A DNA stretch of 32,176 nt, from IMG/VR virus record IMGVR_UViG_3300007974_000007, positions 1 to 32,176 of that record; one strand, given 5' to 3'. Both the position numbers and the translations under genes were made by a program. The notes below the pieces were generated by a model that made no database searches, was not told the origin of the DNA, and saw only the letters and a program-made list of their open reading frames with translations. Each line of letters opens with the position of its first letter. Position 1 is the stretch's first letter. Positions 14,850-24,366 of this stretch are shown in pieces. This stretch comes from a virus (taxonomy: Duplodnaviria; Caudoviricetes).

Positions 14850-15584
14850 TTAAGCTATCGGAAATTCAAATCCACCGCCTGCTGATGTTGGTGTCATGTT
14901 AACGCCTCCTGCTGGCGCGGGCGTTGGCTTATACATAAGCGCGGCTAACATTGCATTGTTACCGATGTTGCTTGCAGCGCCGCCGTAAGCATTGGCAGCA
15001 CCTACCAATCCTGCGCCTGTAGCTGCTGCTCCACCTACGCCAAGACTTGACACATTATTTGCAAGGTTTCCGCTTGCGGTATTGACTGCATTTTGTGCTG
15101 TCTGACCTATACCTGCAATCCCAGCAAGACGGTTGTAAATGTTTGTCTGCTGATTTTGAAAGTTGGTAAACGCATTTTGATAGGCATTTCCTGCATAGTC
15201 TTGCGTGAACTGGTTAAGACCTTGCAAAGCATTGCCGCCAATCATCCCACCGGCTTGATTTGCCTTTGCTGCATTGATGCCTTGACCTTGACTAAGCATG
15301 AAGTCATAGTTAGGTGCTAGTCCTGCTTGCAAATCTTGAGCACCAAACTGTTTCGTCAGATACGGAATCATGCCCGAAATCTGACTAATACCTTTGTAGC
15401 CTAATTCGCGTTGCGGGCGTTGCTGCTCATTGATTAACTTGAACTGTTCATTCTGAATATCAATTCCACGGTTTGCAGCATCCGCTTGCAGTTGCGCGGC
15501 TTTTTTTGCAGCGTCTGCTTGATTTTGCCCTGATATGTAATTAAGAACGGCGCTTCCACCAACCGCTGCGGCTACCCATGTCAT
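14850..15584 (-). CDS. DNA ejection/pilot protein, P22 gp7-like
   Basis: Gly/Ala-rich hydrophobic N-terminus, AAKKAAQLQADAA, P.Y.F...QG, GG..GGN.L, YNRLAGIAGIGQ.A motifs. Confidence 0.8.
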   Translation of the reverse strand: MTWVAAAVGGSAVLNYISGQNQADAAKKAAQLQADAANRGIDIQNEQFKLINEQQRPQRELGYKGISQISGMIPYLTKQFGAQDLQAGLAPNYDFMLSQGQGINAAKANQAGGMIGGNALQGLNQFTQDYAGNAYQNAFTNFQNQQTNIYNRLAGIAGIGQTAQNAVNTASGNLANNVSSLGVGGAAATGAGLVGAANAYGGAASNIGNNAMLAALMYKPTPAPAGGVNMTPTSAGGGFEFPIA

Positions 15585-16015
15585 GATAGTAATCCTTGTG
15601 TTATCTGATTTCGTGCGTCATACAACGCCATTACATCCGGCTCAATAATTTCGGCTTCGATCTCATCCAAATCGGTCTTATCGGTTTGATGAATTGTGAT
15701 GCCGATTGAATCTTTGACTGCATACGTCACGCGCTTAGTGCCGGGCTGTGATTCCACTACATCGCCCGCCTTCAATGTGACCATGCCTTTTTCTGACCAA
15801 GCAATGATCTCTCCAGCAGCACAAAGAAAGATATGCGCCTTCTTATGCACCTTGCCGACAATCGTCGTGCCAGCCGGACGGAATACGCGACGGCAATACA
15901 TCCCGCCCGCAAAGTAATGATCCGTTTGCAGTTCAACCTGTGGCATCTTGACCATCTCTGCTTGCAGACGATCTATCTGCTCACGGCTCGGCGTTTCGCT
16001 GATGATTAGGTTCAT
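15581..16015 (-). CDS. Cupin-like (double-stranded beta-helix) protein
   Basis: HYFAGGMYCRRVFRPAGTTIVGKVHKKAH...G.I.......L.AG.V..S.PG.KR pattern. Confidence 0.6.
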   Translation of the reverse strand: MNLIISETPSREQIDRLQAEMVKMPQVELQTDHYFAGGMYCRRVFRPAGTTIVGKVHKKAHIFLCAAGEIIAWSEKGMVTLKAGDVVESQPGTKRVTYAVKDSIGITIHQTDKTDLDEIEAEIIEPDVMALYDARNQITQGLLS

Positions 16016-16236
16016 TGGTTGTAATACGGCACTTTGAACTGTTGACCGTTAACCGTGACGTTCATAAAGCCCGCAGGCTTGCTAGGCAATACGTAGTTAC
16101 CCGCTGTCGCACTCGTCGAACTAGAAAAGTTCAGCAGGTTGATAAAGAATTGTTGCCATGTCCGTGTCGGGCGATTCGTCGTTTTATCAAGGAATTCCGA
16201 CTGCGGGTAAGGCTGTGTTTGTGAGGTTGGAAGCAT
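16012..16236 (-). CDS. Small virion-module protein
   Basis: FLD..T.RPTR.W..FF motif; coupled to the nozzle gene by overlap. Confidence 0.65.
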   Translation of the reverse strand: MLPTSQTQPYPQSEFLDKTTNRPTRTWQQFFINLLNFSSSTSATAGNYVLPSKPAGFMNVTVNGQQFKVPYYNQ

Positions 16237-18335
16237 TAGCTGTCCCCTGATGACGCTTTAAGGTTTGCCGACACAATCACGCATTTGACGGGATCGGTTA
16301 CCACGACTTCATAGATACGATCTCGCGCAGTACCAAGTCGCCGCCATATCGCACGATTCTTGTATTTGCCGATCTGACCTATGCTCGTCCAGTGTTCGTT
16401 TGACCAAGTAGAACCACCGTCGTTAGACCATCTCAGCATCGCTTGCGGATTGTCGCCTTGACCTGTAGATGCACCGACACCGGGTTGGAATTGAATCTGC
16501 AACTCGTCAAAAAACTGGCGCTGGAAGTCTGAGACTAGATGCGGGCATCGTCGTAAGCGACGCACCTGCTGACCGTCATCAGTAAAAATGTCATTCTTCA
16601 ATGCGTAAATTTTGCCGTTGTCATAGTCACCGACAAGCGTAAAGCCTTGAAAGAATGCAGAGCAATTCCCTCGGTGTCTTTGGTATTGGTTCTCATTCGT
16701 GCAATACAACCACTTGAACCATAGTCCGGTTGTTAGATCGTAAGCCCATGTAAGTTGCAAAGTCGGGAACGAAATTACATAGACTTCGTGACCTTCTAGT
16801 TGATATGACCACGCAATAGCATCAGTGATGACTTGACCTTCTAGCGAATTCTCAACTGCGTGCGTGCTGATCCGCTGCGGAACGTAACCATTCATCTGCA
16901 CAATGACCGCATCGCCACGGTTATTTTTTGAGATGTACGCGAACGAATTGCCAAGCCTAGCAATAGAGAATTTAGCTGCTATGCCGTGTTGCGTAGACGT
17001 TCCCGGTATACGTTGAAACGGGAACGGAAAAGTTCCAGCATCAATCCACACTTCGCTAGAGACTTCACCAAGCAAATAGACTTCTCTACGATCCACCATG
17101 ATCGCCATCAAGTTGTCAGGCGATCCGTCTTTGCTTGCAAAAGATAAAGCTGGCGAAAATGGCGATAGTGCAGACGTAGAACCAAACTGCTGCGTGTTCG
17201 GTCTGTTGTAAATAATGTAGTTGTCCACTACGTCCACCGACGTTGCGCCTGAGAATGCGCCATCCGTTGCAGGCAGAACCGTAAAGTTCAAAGCGTACAT
17301 AGTCTGACTAGAGATCGTCTGCGATGGGCTGACGCTGTATGTACCCGTTCCACCCGTACCCGTACCGAGGGCGGTAATGATGGTGTTTGCAGTAATGCCT
17401 GCGCCTTGGACTGTCTGACCGGGGTACAACGTTCCCGAAGTCGCTGTCACATTCAGCGAGTAGTTAGCCATTGTGACCGTTCCGGTCGCGGATGCACCAG
17501 TACCGCCTAGCGTATCGGCAATCGTAAACGTTGCGGTCGTGCTGTAGCCAGTGCCGGGGTTAGTGATTGTCACCGCAGTGACAACGCCTGCCACCTGCGT
17601 TACTGTTCCCGTTGCTGCAACGCCGCCCGATGGCGTGTTAAAAGTAATGATCGGGCTGATGTAGTTAGCCCCGCCATTAGTGACGGCAAACGACTGAACA
17701 CCGCTTCCAATCGAGGCAGTCATCACCGAGGCCACAGCCGCCGAGTTCATGGTGCTGGATGCGACAGTCTGCGAGATATTGATGGTGTACGTACCCACCC
17801 CGCCCGAACCTGTGCCTAGCGCTGTAATTACGGTTTCCGCAGTTACACCTACCCCGAACAGTTGCTGACCAGTTGTGATCGTTCCGCTGTTCATTAGGGT
17901 GACGGTTAAGGTCGTTCCTGAGACTGATCCTACAAACTGTGCGCTTAATGGCGTGGAAATTCTCCACGTGTAGCGATACGTTCCATCTACGATGTACGCA
18001 TTCAGCCCGTTGTCAGTAATGCCAACGCGACCGGAGGACGAATTAAGCTGTCCGATAATTGTCGGGACGTAAGTCGAATCCATTGAGTAGACATAAGGCC
18101 CGCACACCGCCAACAGGATTGATCCACCTGACAGGGTACGCATCCCCCTAACTTCTTGTTGGTTTCGCAGCACAATCTGCGAGACTAGCCCCGGCGTAGG
18201 GTATAAAGCGACTACACCGCGCTCACCCGGCTGTTTAGTTGGGTCTACTTCGGGATACCAGTTAATGCACTCCTGTGCATCCTGATAGATGCTAGGTGCT
18301 TCGTAACTAGCCCCTACAAATCCGAAATCCGGCAT
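16236..18335 (-). CDS. Tail nozzle / packaged-DNA stabilisation protein (P22 gp10-like) with inserted beta-rich domains
   Basis: CINWYPE...LYPTPGL start; PD.L......REVYL.GE.S.EVW, RISTHAVE, Y...GH..YV..FP...TW.YD, MLRWSNDGG.TW and WRRLG.ARDR motifs. Confidence 0.88.
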   Translation of the reverse strand: MPDFGFVGASYEAPSIYQDAQECINWYPEVDPTKQPGERGVVALYPTPGLVSQIVLRNQQEVRGMRTLSGGSILLAVCGPYVYSMDSTYVPTIIGQLNSSSGRVGITDNGLNAYIVDGTYRYTWRISTPLSAQFVGSVSGTTLTVTLMNSGTITTGQQLFGVGVTAETVITALGTGSGGVGTYTINISQTVASSTMNSAAVASVMTASIGSGVQSFAVTNGGANYISPIITFNTPSGGVAATGTVTQVAGVVTAVTITNPGTGYSTTATFTIADTLGGTGASATGTVTMANYSLNVTATSGTLYPGQTVQGAGITANTIITALGTGTGGTGTYSVSPSQTISSQTMYALNFTVLPATDGAFSGATSVDVVDNYIIYNRPNTQQFGSTSALSPFSPALSFASKDGSPDNLMAIMVDRREVYLLGEVSSEVWIDAGTFPFPFQRIPGTSTQHGIAAKFSIARLGNSFAYISKNNRGDAVIVQMNGYVPQRISTHAVENSLEGQVITDAIAWSYQLEGHEVYVISFPTLQLTWAYDLTTGLWFKWLYCTNENQYQRHRGNCSAFFQGFTLVGDYDNGKIYALKNDIFTDDGQQVRRLRRCPHLVSDFQRQFFDELQIQFQPGVGASTGQGDNPQAMLRWSNDGGSTWSNEHWTSIGQIGKYKNRAIWRRLGTARDRIYEVVVTDPVKCVIVSANLKASSGDS

Positions 18336-18338
18336 TTC

Positions 18339-19310
18339 TTACCTCATAAACCCGCCGCTAAGAATCCAGCCCGCATCCTTCATCTTGCCAACTAGGAGGG
18401 AATCGGGATATCTAGCAGCTTGGGTCGGTCGCATATTCGTGCGTTTGATCGTTGCCTTGCCTTGCGCGGCATAAGCGTTAATCATCGTGATTTGAGTCGT
18501 TGAGGCTTTGCCGTACATTGGCATAAGACGCTCGGCAAGATTCCACCGCAGCGCCATGCTGTAGCCTTGCGGCAACGCTATCGTGTCGTACATCGTCTGA
18601 TAGCGGGCAAACACCGTATCCGCAAACAGGTGCATTTCGCCCTGTGCAGGGTTAGGCCATACGTAAATCGTGCCTAGCTGTTCACCCGGCATATAGTAAA
18701 GACCTTTAGGCCACGGCCCGTTAAGGCTTTTCAGTCCAATTTGCTCATATTCTTCGACGTTCAAAACGCCCACAGGGTAATCCAAACCACCGTTATAGAT
18801 GGGCACACCGTTGCTGGTTGTAGTGACGCGAACGAAAGCAGAATTGATTGCTAGAGGGCGCTGATAGTAAGCCGATAGCGTGGTGCTAGAGACAGTCTGC
18901 GAGACATTGACTGTATACGTACCAGCCTCGTTGATGTTGCCGCCTGCGCCCGAATTAAAGCCTGTGATGGTCGTTCCCGCAGTGACTCCTGTACCACTCA
19001 GAGTCTGCCCAATAGCCACCGCACCGGCAGATATAGATGTGATCGTCAGAGTAGTCCCTGAGATTGAGCCAATGAACGTCGCGCCAATCTGACCACCCGG
19101 CCCGATTGTGTATTGGATTTGGTTCTGCACTACAGGGAAGATAATCTCGGTCTTGTAAAAGACCATCATCTGCTCATTCGACCATTGATCCACTAGGTCA
19201 TTGAGCATATCGAATGCGTCCTGCGCGGCATCCGCTGTTGGCGTTTCGCCCGCTTCTAGCGCACCTATGTCCTTCAAGGCGCGGCTAATAATGTCAATCG
19301 GTTGAGCCAT
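18339..19310 (-). CDS. Head-to-tail adaptor (P22 gp4-like) with inserted beta-rich domain
   Basis: DII.RAL..IG....GETPT....QDA...LND....W start and LP.GY..AL..NLA.RL.P.YG end. Confidence 0.8.
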   Translation of the reverse strand: MAQPIDIISRALKDIGALEAGETPTADAAQDAFDMLNDLVDQWSNEQMMVFYKTEIIFPVVQNQIQYTIGPGGQIGATFIGSISGTTLTITSISAGAVAIGQTLSGTGVTAGTTITGFNSGAGGNINEAGTYTVNVSQTVSSTTLSAYYQRPLAINSAFVRVTTTSNGVPIYNGGLDYPVGVLNVEEYEQIGLKSLNGPWPKGLYYMPGEQLGTIYVWPNPAQGEMHLFADTVFARYQTMYDTIALPQGYSMALRWNLAERLMPMYGKASTTQITMINAYAAQGKATIKRTNMRPTQAARYPDSLLVGKMKDAGWILSGGFMR

Positions 19311-19312
19311 TT

Positions 19313-19615
19313 TCAGTCCTTAAACGGCGTGAAAGCAGTCTTTAACCACGGCAGCACAGGTTTTTCCTTGTTCAGCGCTAAAAGCTGGCTTTCTAGGTTG
19401 CTGCTGATTGCGCCTTTTGAGCCTTGTTCGATCCACGAAATGATATCTGTTTGCCGCACTTTATGATAGGGAAGAATTGCCACCGGATCGGGAAACTTCC
19501 AGTGTCCTTCGCTTTGCACTACCTGCTCATAGCCCCTAGCCGTCACTTTGTAATGGGCGCTGGTGATAACGCCGTCGGTTTCCTCGACACTAAGAATCTG
19601 CCATTGCAAATTCAT
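19313..19615 (-). CDS. Tail-associated hypothetical protein (possible fibre chaperone)
   Basis: W.I...E..DG.I..AHY...PY..V....II.W pattern; start MNLQWQ gives an ATGA overlap. Confidence 0.55.
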   Translation of the reverse strand: MNLQWQILSVEETDGVITSAHYKVTARGYEQVVQSEGHWKFPDPVAILPYHKVRQTDIISWIEQGSKGAISSNLESQLLALNKEKPVLPWLKTAFTPFKD

Positions 19616-19965
19616 TGCCTTACCCACGTAAGACGTGTTTCATCCCATTCGTATTTGCCGTCTGTTGGCATTGCTACAGGCGCACCCCACAAACAACTAT
19701 TTTCATTCAGCACCCAAGACGGATAAGGTTTTGGAGGAATGAAAGCATCCCGCCCTGCGTCGTAGGTATAGCCGATGCCCGCGTAATTCTTGCGGAATGG
19801 CGTACCACCTAAAGAATGAACCCCGCCGCTTGTGTTGTATGAAGTCTGTTTGTAAACGTCACCAGTACGCGCCGACAGTTCAGCTTCTTTGCCGTTATCC
19901 TCGTCCCGTCCTACTGTGACAAAATCAACGATGTTGTTTTTCGTTAAACGAGCAAAATGCGCCAT
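19612..19965 (-). CDS. Tail-associated protein (MAHFA... type)
   Basis: MAHFA...KQTSYN...RKNYAGIGYTYD..RDAFIPPKPYPSW...W.APV.MP motif, which I recall following glycine-rich fibre genes in aquatic phages. Confidence 0.65.
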   Translation of the reverse strand: MAHFARLTKNNIVDFVTVGRDEDNGKEAELSARTGDVYKQTSYNTSGGVHSLGGTPFRKNYAGIGYTYDAGRDAFIPPKPYPSWVLNENSCLWGAPVAMPTDGKYEWDETRLTWVRQ

Positions 19966-19973
19966 GATTTTTC

Positions 19974-20846
19974 CTATGCGAACGATACGGTTTCGCTAGT
20001 TGTTGATGTTGCAGTCACAGTATAAATATTGTAGCCGCCGCTAGTCGTGGAAGTCTGCGTCACCCCACCGGAGAAGGTTGCGGTGTAGCTGCTAGGTATT
20101 TTGATGATGACAACACCAGAACCGCCATTGCCGCCAGCAAATTCTGCGCCGCCTGCTCCACCCCCGCCGCCACCGCCAAAGTTTGCGATTGCGTTGCTAC
20201 CTACGGTAGTGCTTGATCCATCGCCAGCGTTCGTGCCACCTGTGCCACCCGTTCCTGTCGGACTACCCGTATTAGTACCCCCGCCACCACCGCCTGAATA
20301 CGATTGCGATGTGCCAGATAGCGAAGAAGTCGATGCCGAGCCACCTGCCCCACCCGTTGAACTTGCGCCGTTTGCACCGGCACTACCAGCACCGCCACCG
20401 CCACCACCGGGATAAGGTGCAGAGTTAAGGCCATCACCGCCGTTGTTTCCGTAATTTGCGCCTGTGCCGCCAGTCCCTGCATAACCACCGGCATTAACTG
20501 CGCCGCCACCGCCAGATGCATTTGCAGACGAAGTGCCGTTTGCCGTTCCACCGGCAGTTACCGACCCACCACCGCCACCGCCAGCAGATGTGATGCTGCT
20601 AAATACAGACGAACTACCATCCGCGCCGTTTACGGTTCTAACTGTCGATCCAGCACCGCCAGCGCCTACCGTGACTGTGTAGCTAGTGCTTGGCGTTAAT
20701 GAAAAATTTGCCGCAGTTCTGAATCCACCTCCACCGCCACCACCAGCATAGGCTTTGCCGCCTCCTGCGCCACCGCCAACAACAAGGTATTCGGCAGTAA
20801 GCGGAACAGAACCACCGGCAAGGAAGAAATTTTTGGCTGCAAACAT
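19974..20846 (-). CDS. Glycine-rich tail fibre / receptor-binding protein
   Basis: YLVVGGGAGGG...GGGGGGG...GGNGGSGVVII domain; start MFAAKNFF at 20846 (TAATG overlap). Confidence 0.8.
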   Translation of the reverse strand: MFAAKNFFLAGGSVPLTAEYLVVGGGAGGGKAYAGGGGGGGFRTAANFSLTPSTSYTVTVGAGGAGSTVRTVNGADGSSSVFSSITSAGGGGGGSVTAGGTANGTSSANASGGGGAVNAGGYAGTGGTGANYGNNGGDGLNSAPYPGGGGGGAGSAGANGASSTGGAGGSASTSSLSGTSQSYSGGGGGGTNTGSPTGTGGTGGTNAGDGSSTTVGSNAIANFGGGGGGGAGGAEFAGGNGGSGVVIIKIPSSYTATFSGGVTQTSTTSGGYNIYTVTATSTTSETVSFA

Positions 20847-22213
20847 TACGGTGTATATCCCTGTGCAATCGAACCGTACCAGTTCGTTCCATCGCTGATA
20901 AACGTCAGAATATCCATCTTGCCTGCGGTAGCGGTAATCGTAGGCGCACCGCTTGTGCCCCACTTCACGCTAGTAAACGTTGCAGTGCCGTTGCCTGTAG
21001 ATGCAGCTTGTTTCAGCAACAGTAAAAAAGATTTGCCAGCAGTCGCAGTCGGCATCGTGAACGTGCAAGCCGTCGAAGCCGTCAGGGTTGCAGTTTGAAC
21101 CGTACCGTTAGTCAGTGACAGCGTGTTCGTAGTCGTTACCGTACCGATGGCGACAACGCTTTCGACGTAGTTCGTTACTGTCGGGTTGTTGATGATCGGG
21201 CTAGTCAGTCCTGTAACCGTCAAATAGCCGGTCGAAGGATTGAAACTTAACCGCGTGGAACTGGTGTTTTCAGCCGAGATCGTGCCGCTAGTGGCGCTCG
21301 TAAATAGCAGATAGCGCGAAGCATTGGTCGTTGTATCGTCGGTGATCGTGATCGCAGAAGTTGGTGTATCCCATACTGGCGTGCCAGCACCGGCAGATTT
21401 TAGGAATTGTCCCGAAGTACCCGCAGCGGTAAACGCATAAGCCGTACCGCTACCGTAAGCCACCGCACCTGCTGTCGGGGTAGCAGTTCCCGCCGTACCA
21501 CCAAGGTTCACAGCAACAGGGTTAGCAAGAGTAAAAGCTGAACCGACAAGCGTAAGGCCAGTCCCTGCGGTATACGACGCACCGCCTGAGAACTGCGACC
21601 AGTTCATCGCGGTGACACCAATCGTTCCACCCGCGTTAGCCGTACACACCCACCCCGTATCGCCTTGGCTGCTGCCCTGCTCCAAGAACGTAAACGCGCC
21701 GGGAACTTCCGACCACGTATCCATATCGGTCGAACGTGTCCATGCACCACTTGCCACAACATAGATGCCGTTTTCTGACGCAGTGCTTTGGTTCTTAACT
21801 AGACACCTATCGCCAGCAATCAGCGCGATGCCATCAACCGTTTGCGTGCCTGATAGCGTGATGTTGACAGTCGTTCCAGCAATACACGAACCTTTAACGT
21901 CAAGACCCGTCACTAACGCATCGACATAGCTTTTATTTACTATGTCATTCCCCGTTGAGGGCGTAGTTGAGATCGTTCCCGTCGTGGTAGCGATGTTTGT
22001 AAATACGCCGGTTGAGGGAACTGTAGCGCCAATCGTTGCACCGTTAATCGTGCCGCTAGTAATAGATGCAGCGCCACTAGCACCAACGGTGAAGTACGTG
22101 CCAGCAGGCCCGACAAACGTCACAAACCCTTGCGTGTCTGTGAATATCCCCTGCACTGGGACGATGTTTATCGTCTGCGTGCTTGCTGTTTCGTTTTGCA
22201 GTATTTGAGACAT
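20846..22213 (-). CDS. Tail fibre protein
   Basis: Thr/Gly-rich; NKSYVD, NITLSG.QTVDG....GDR.LVKNQ....ENGIY module; C-terminal TSVKW..GAPTIT......DIL.F..DGTNWYG. Confidence 0.8.
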   Translation of the reverse strand: MSQILQNETASTQTINIVPVQGIFTDTQGFVTFVGPAGTYFTVGASGAASITSGTINGATIGATVPSTGVFTNIATTTGTISTTPSTGNDIVNKSYVDALVTGLDVKGSCIAGTTVNITLSGTQTVDGIALIAGDRCLVKNQSTASENGIYVVASGAWTRSTDMDTWSEVPGAFTFLEQGSSQGDTGWVCTANAGGTIGVTAMNWSQFSGGASYTAGTGLTLVGSAFTLANPVAVNLGGTAGTATPTAGAVAYGSGTAYAFTAAGTSGQFLKSAGAGTPVWDTPTSAITITDDTTTNASRYLLFTSATSGTISAENTSSTRLSFNPSTGYLTVTGLTSPIINNPTVTNYVESVVAIGTVTTTNTLSLTNGTVQTATLTASTACTFTMPTATAGKSFLLLLKQAASTGNGTATFTSVKWGTSGAPTITATAGKMDILTFISDGTNWYGSIAQGYTP

Positions 22214-22222
22214 GACAGCCCC

Positions 22223-22564
22223 TTAGTCGGCTTGGGCGGCGGCAATGTAGAGCGTATTTGTGCCGGAACTAATAGCCTTGAGATAAAACGGCGCTTTCGG
22301 TGCTGCGATAATGACCGGATAATTCATAGCTGCGGGCAGAATGTAGCTGGTGCTGCCATTGCCGGTCGAAGGAATCGCCGGAGTCGCTACGGTGCTGCTG
22401 TTCGACAGTTCAACAGCCGCGATACCAGTTCCGGTATTGAGCAGTTGAACATAGTTTGTTTGATCGTTCGTCGTTGCGCTGACTAGCAAGGCTGAACTAG
22501 CCGAGGTGGTAAGGTCTAGCGCAAACGTTTTGCCGCTGACCCGAATAACTGAGGTGTTAACCAT
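22223..22564 (-). CDS. Small beta-rich virion protein
   Basis: 113 aa, Ser/Thr/Ala-rich, in the morphogenesis cluster. Confidence 0.6.
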   Translation of the reverse strand: MVNTSVIRVSGKTFALDLTTSASSALLVSATTNDQTNYVQLLNTGTGIAAVELSNSSTVATPAIPSTGNGSTSYILPAAMNYPVIIAAPKAPFYLKAISSGTNTLYIAAAQAD

Positions 22565-22579
22565 TTTTCGACCTTTCTA

Positions 22580-22613
22580 AAGAAGAAAAGCCGCCCCTAA
22601 TGGAAGCGGCTTT
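22580..22613 (-). terminator. Rho-independent terminator after the capsid/decoration genes
   Basis: - strand AAAGCCGCTTC-CATTA-GGGGCGGC-TTTTCTTCTT. Confidence 0.75.
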
Positions 22614-22632
22614 CCCTTTTCTTCGTTACTGA

Positions 22633-23064
22633 TTAGAACTCACCGAAGTCGAAACCGTAGACAAACACATCGACAGTTCCACCTGCAACTGCCGTACCAA
22701 CTCGGACATACAGAGTCTGTGCAGACAGTTGGGTAGCTTTAGTGCCAGCCACCACGGTTGAGTTAGTTACATACGAAGCGCTGGTATTGCTGGTTAGCGT
22801 AGCGTTAGTAACGATTTCAGTACCCGTACCTGCCGGTGCAGTCCAAATTGCCAGTGCGCCGCTGCTAACGTCTTTGTTAGCGTTGGTAATGGCAACGTTC
22901 TGCACGCAGTAGGAGGTCGTGTTATTCAGCGGCAGGGTGACGCTTGCATCGCCGGTTTGCGAGATCGGTACTGCACTCGCAAAGGCAAGCAGACGAATCG
23001 CCTGATTGGTCGCCAAATTCGACGGGTGAATAGTAGTTGCTGATGCTGGGCCGGGATTAGACAT
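22633..23064 (-). CDS. Putative capsid decoration/cement protein
   Basis: Beta-rich, 143 aa, directly after the coat gene and inside the same terminator-bounded unit. Confidence 0.6.
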   Translation of the reverse strand: MSNPGPASATTIHPSNLATNQAIRLLAFASAVPISQTGDASVTLPLNNTTSYCVQNVAITNANKDVSSGALAIWTAPAGTGTEIVTNATLTSNTSASYVTNSTVVAGTKATQLSAQTLYVRVGTAVAGGTVDVFVYGFDFGEF

Positions 23065-23091
23065 TTGTCGTTTCCTTTTCTGTGTGAGTTA

Positions 23092-24339
23092 TTAAGCTGC
23101 GACGCGGCAGGCGAGTTCCGGGTAAAGCGGCGCCCAGCCATACAGCACATCAAGGCGAGTCGGGATCGAGTCGTTGTTGATGGTGTATTGACGGACAACG
23201 CGGATGCTCATGCCCAGTTCTTTGTCGCTTGCACGACCAGCGAAATGCACGCCCTCGGGCAGTTCAAGATCAGCCATCGCAACCGTGAAGGCATTGCGGT
23301 GCATGATGATGTTCTGCGGCGAGACTACGCCGGTATTGTTGAACGGAGTAACGACAGCGGTCGCCGAGGTAGCAGCAAGGTTCACGTTTTGGAACTGACC
23401 AGCAGTAATCACAGCCGGGGAAACAGTCACAGAGGTCGTGCCGCTGGTAGAGACAGTCACATCGGCAGTCACTACGAAATTACGCAGCTTGTTCGAGCCG
23501 TAGGCTTGACGGTTCTGCGGGTTCACAGCAAAGACGTTAGCGATCTGAATCACGTCGCCTTGCTTAAGACCAGCAGTCGCGGTCGTAGCAGTCAGGGCGA
23601 TGGTCGAGGTCGAAGCCCAGCCACTCGTCAGGAAGCCCGTAGCGGTCGTGGTAGCGCAAGCCAAGGTAGCGGTCGAGTACGAACCAAACGTCTGATTGAC
23701 CACGTTCTGATCCATCTTCCACTTCATACCGGCAGAGTCAGTACCCATCAGGCCTTTCTCGTATTGCGACGAGATTTTAGCCGACGGCATGAACAGACCT
23801 TTCAGGCTGTCAACGATGGTCGCAGAGGTGAACGGCTCAACGATGCACGAACGACGACCATCACGCGGTGCGCCTTCGCTGTCGAGGTACGCAGCGCCAG
23901 TCAGGTAAGTAATCAGGCCAGTCGGAGGAGTTCCGGCAGTACCGACGATGTTCGCGGTATTGTTCTTCGCCATGACCAAACCATCGCGGTCAATCTTGTT
24001 GGCAATCGCAGCAATCGCGGGCTTGAGCACACGATCCGAGAACATATCCAACGACAGCGCCAAATCTTGCGTGGTGAACTGGGTATCGACGTGGAACTGG
24101 GTCGACAGGGTGACAGGCACGCTGGTTTCGTTGAAATCTTCAACGTTCAGCGCAGGGCCGGTCGTACCAATGAAGCGCCCCGGACGGCGAACGTTAACGG
24201 TGTTACCGATCTTCGCGCCAACAACGGCGAACTGATCGTCATAGTTGCGGTCAACTTCACCAGTAAAGGTGAGTTCGTTTTCCAAGACCATCAAGGCCTC
24301 GTTAGTGATCTTACTAATAGTCAACAGATTGTTTGACAT
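23092..24339 (-). CDS. Major capsid protein (P22 gp5 coat family)
   Basis: N.LLT...IT.EAL..LEN.L, KIG.TV.VRRP, FS.R.LKPA...IAN.ID and RLDVLYGW motifs; AAGGA RBS. Confidence 0.95.
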   Translation of the reverse strand: MSNNLLTISKITNEALMVLENELTFTGEVDRNYDDQFAVVGAKIGNTVNVRRPGRFIGTTGPALNVEDFNETSVPVTLSTQFHVDTQFTTQDLALSLDMFSDRVLKPAIAAIANKIDRDGLVMAKNNTANIVGTAGTPPTGLITYLTGAAYLDSEGAPRDGRRSCIVEPFTSATIVDSLKGLFMPSAKISSQYEKGLMGTDSAGMKWKMDQNVVNQTFGSYSTATLACATTTATGFLTSGWASTSTIALTATTATAGLKQGDVIQIANVFAVNPQNRQAYGSNKLRNFVVTADVTVSTSGTTSVTVSPAVITAGQFQNVNLAATSATAVVTPFNNTGVVSPQNIIMHRNAFTVAMADLELPEGVHFAGRASDKELGMSIRVVRQYTINNDSIPTRLDVLYGWAPLYPELACRVAA

Positions 24340-24366
24340 GATTTGTCCTTAAAAATGAGAATGGAA

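Noticed and set aside
20101-20415. Pro-rich + strand ORF and CCG/CCA repeats
   Set aside because: Antisense shadow of the poly-Gly codons in the glycine-rich tail gene.
19612-22213. Diversity-generating retroelement acting on tail fibres
   Set aside because: No reverse transcriptase, and no template/variable repeat pair differing at adenines was seen.
23065-24336. 423-aa + strand ORF antisense to the major capsid gene
   Set aside because: It mirrors the coat gene codon for codon, as expected from biased codon usage in a highly expressed gene. No recognisable motifs.
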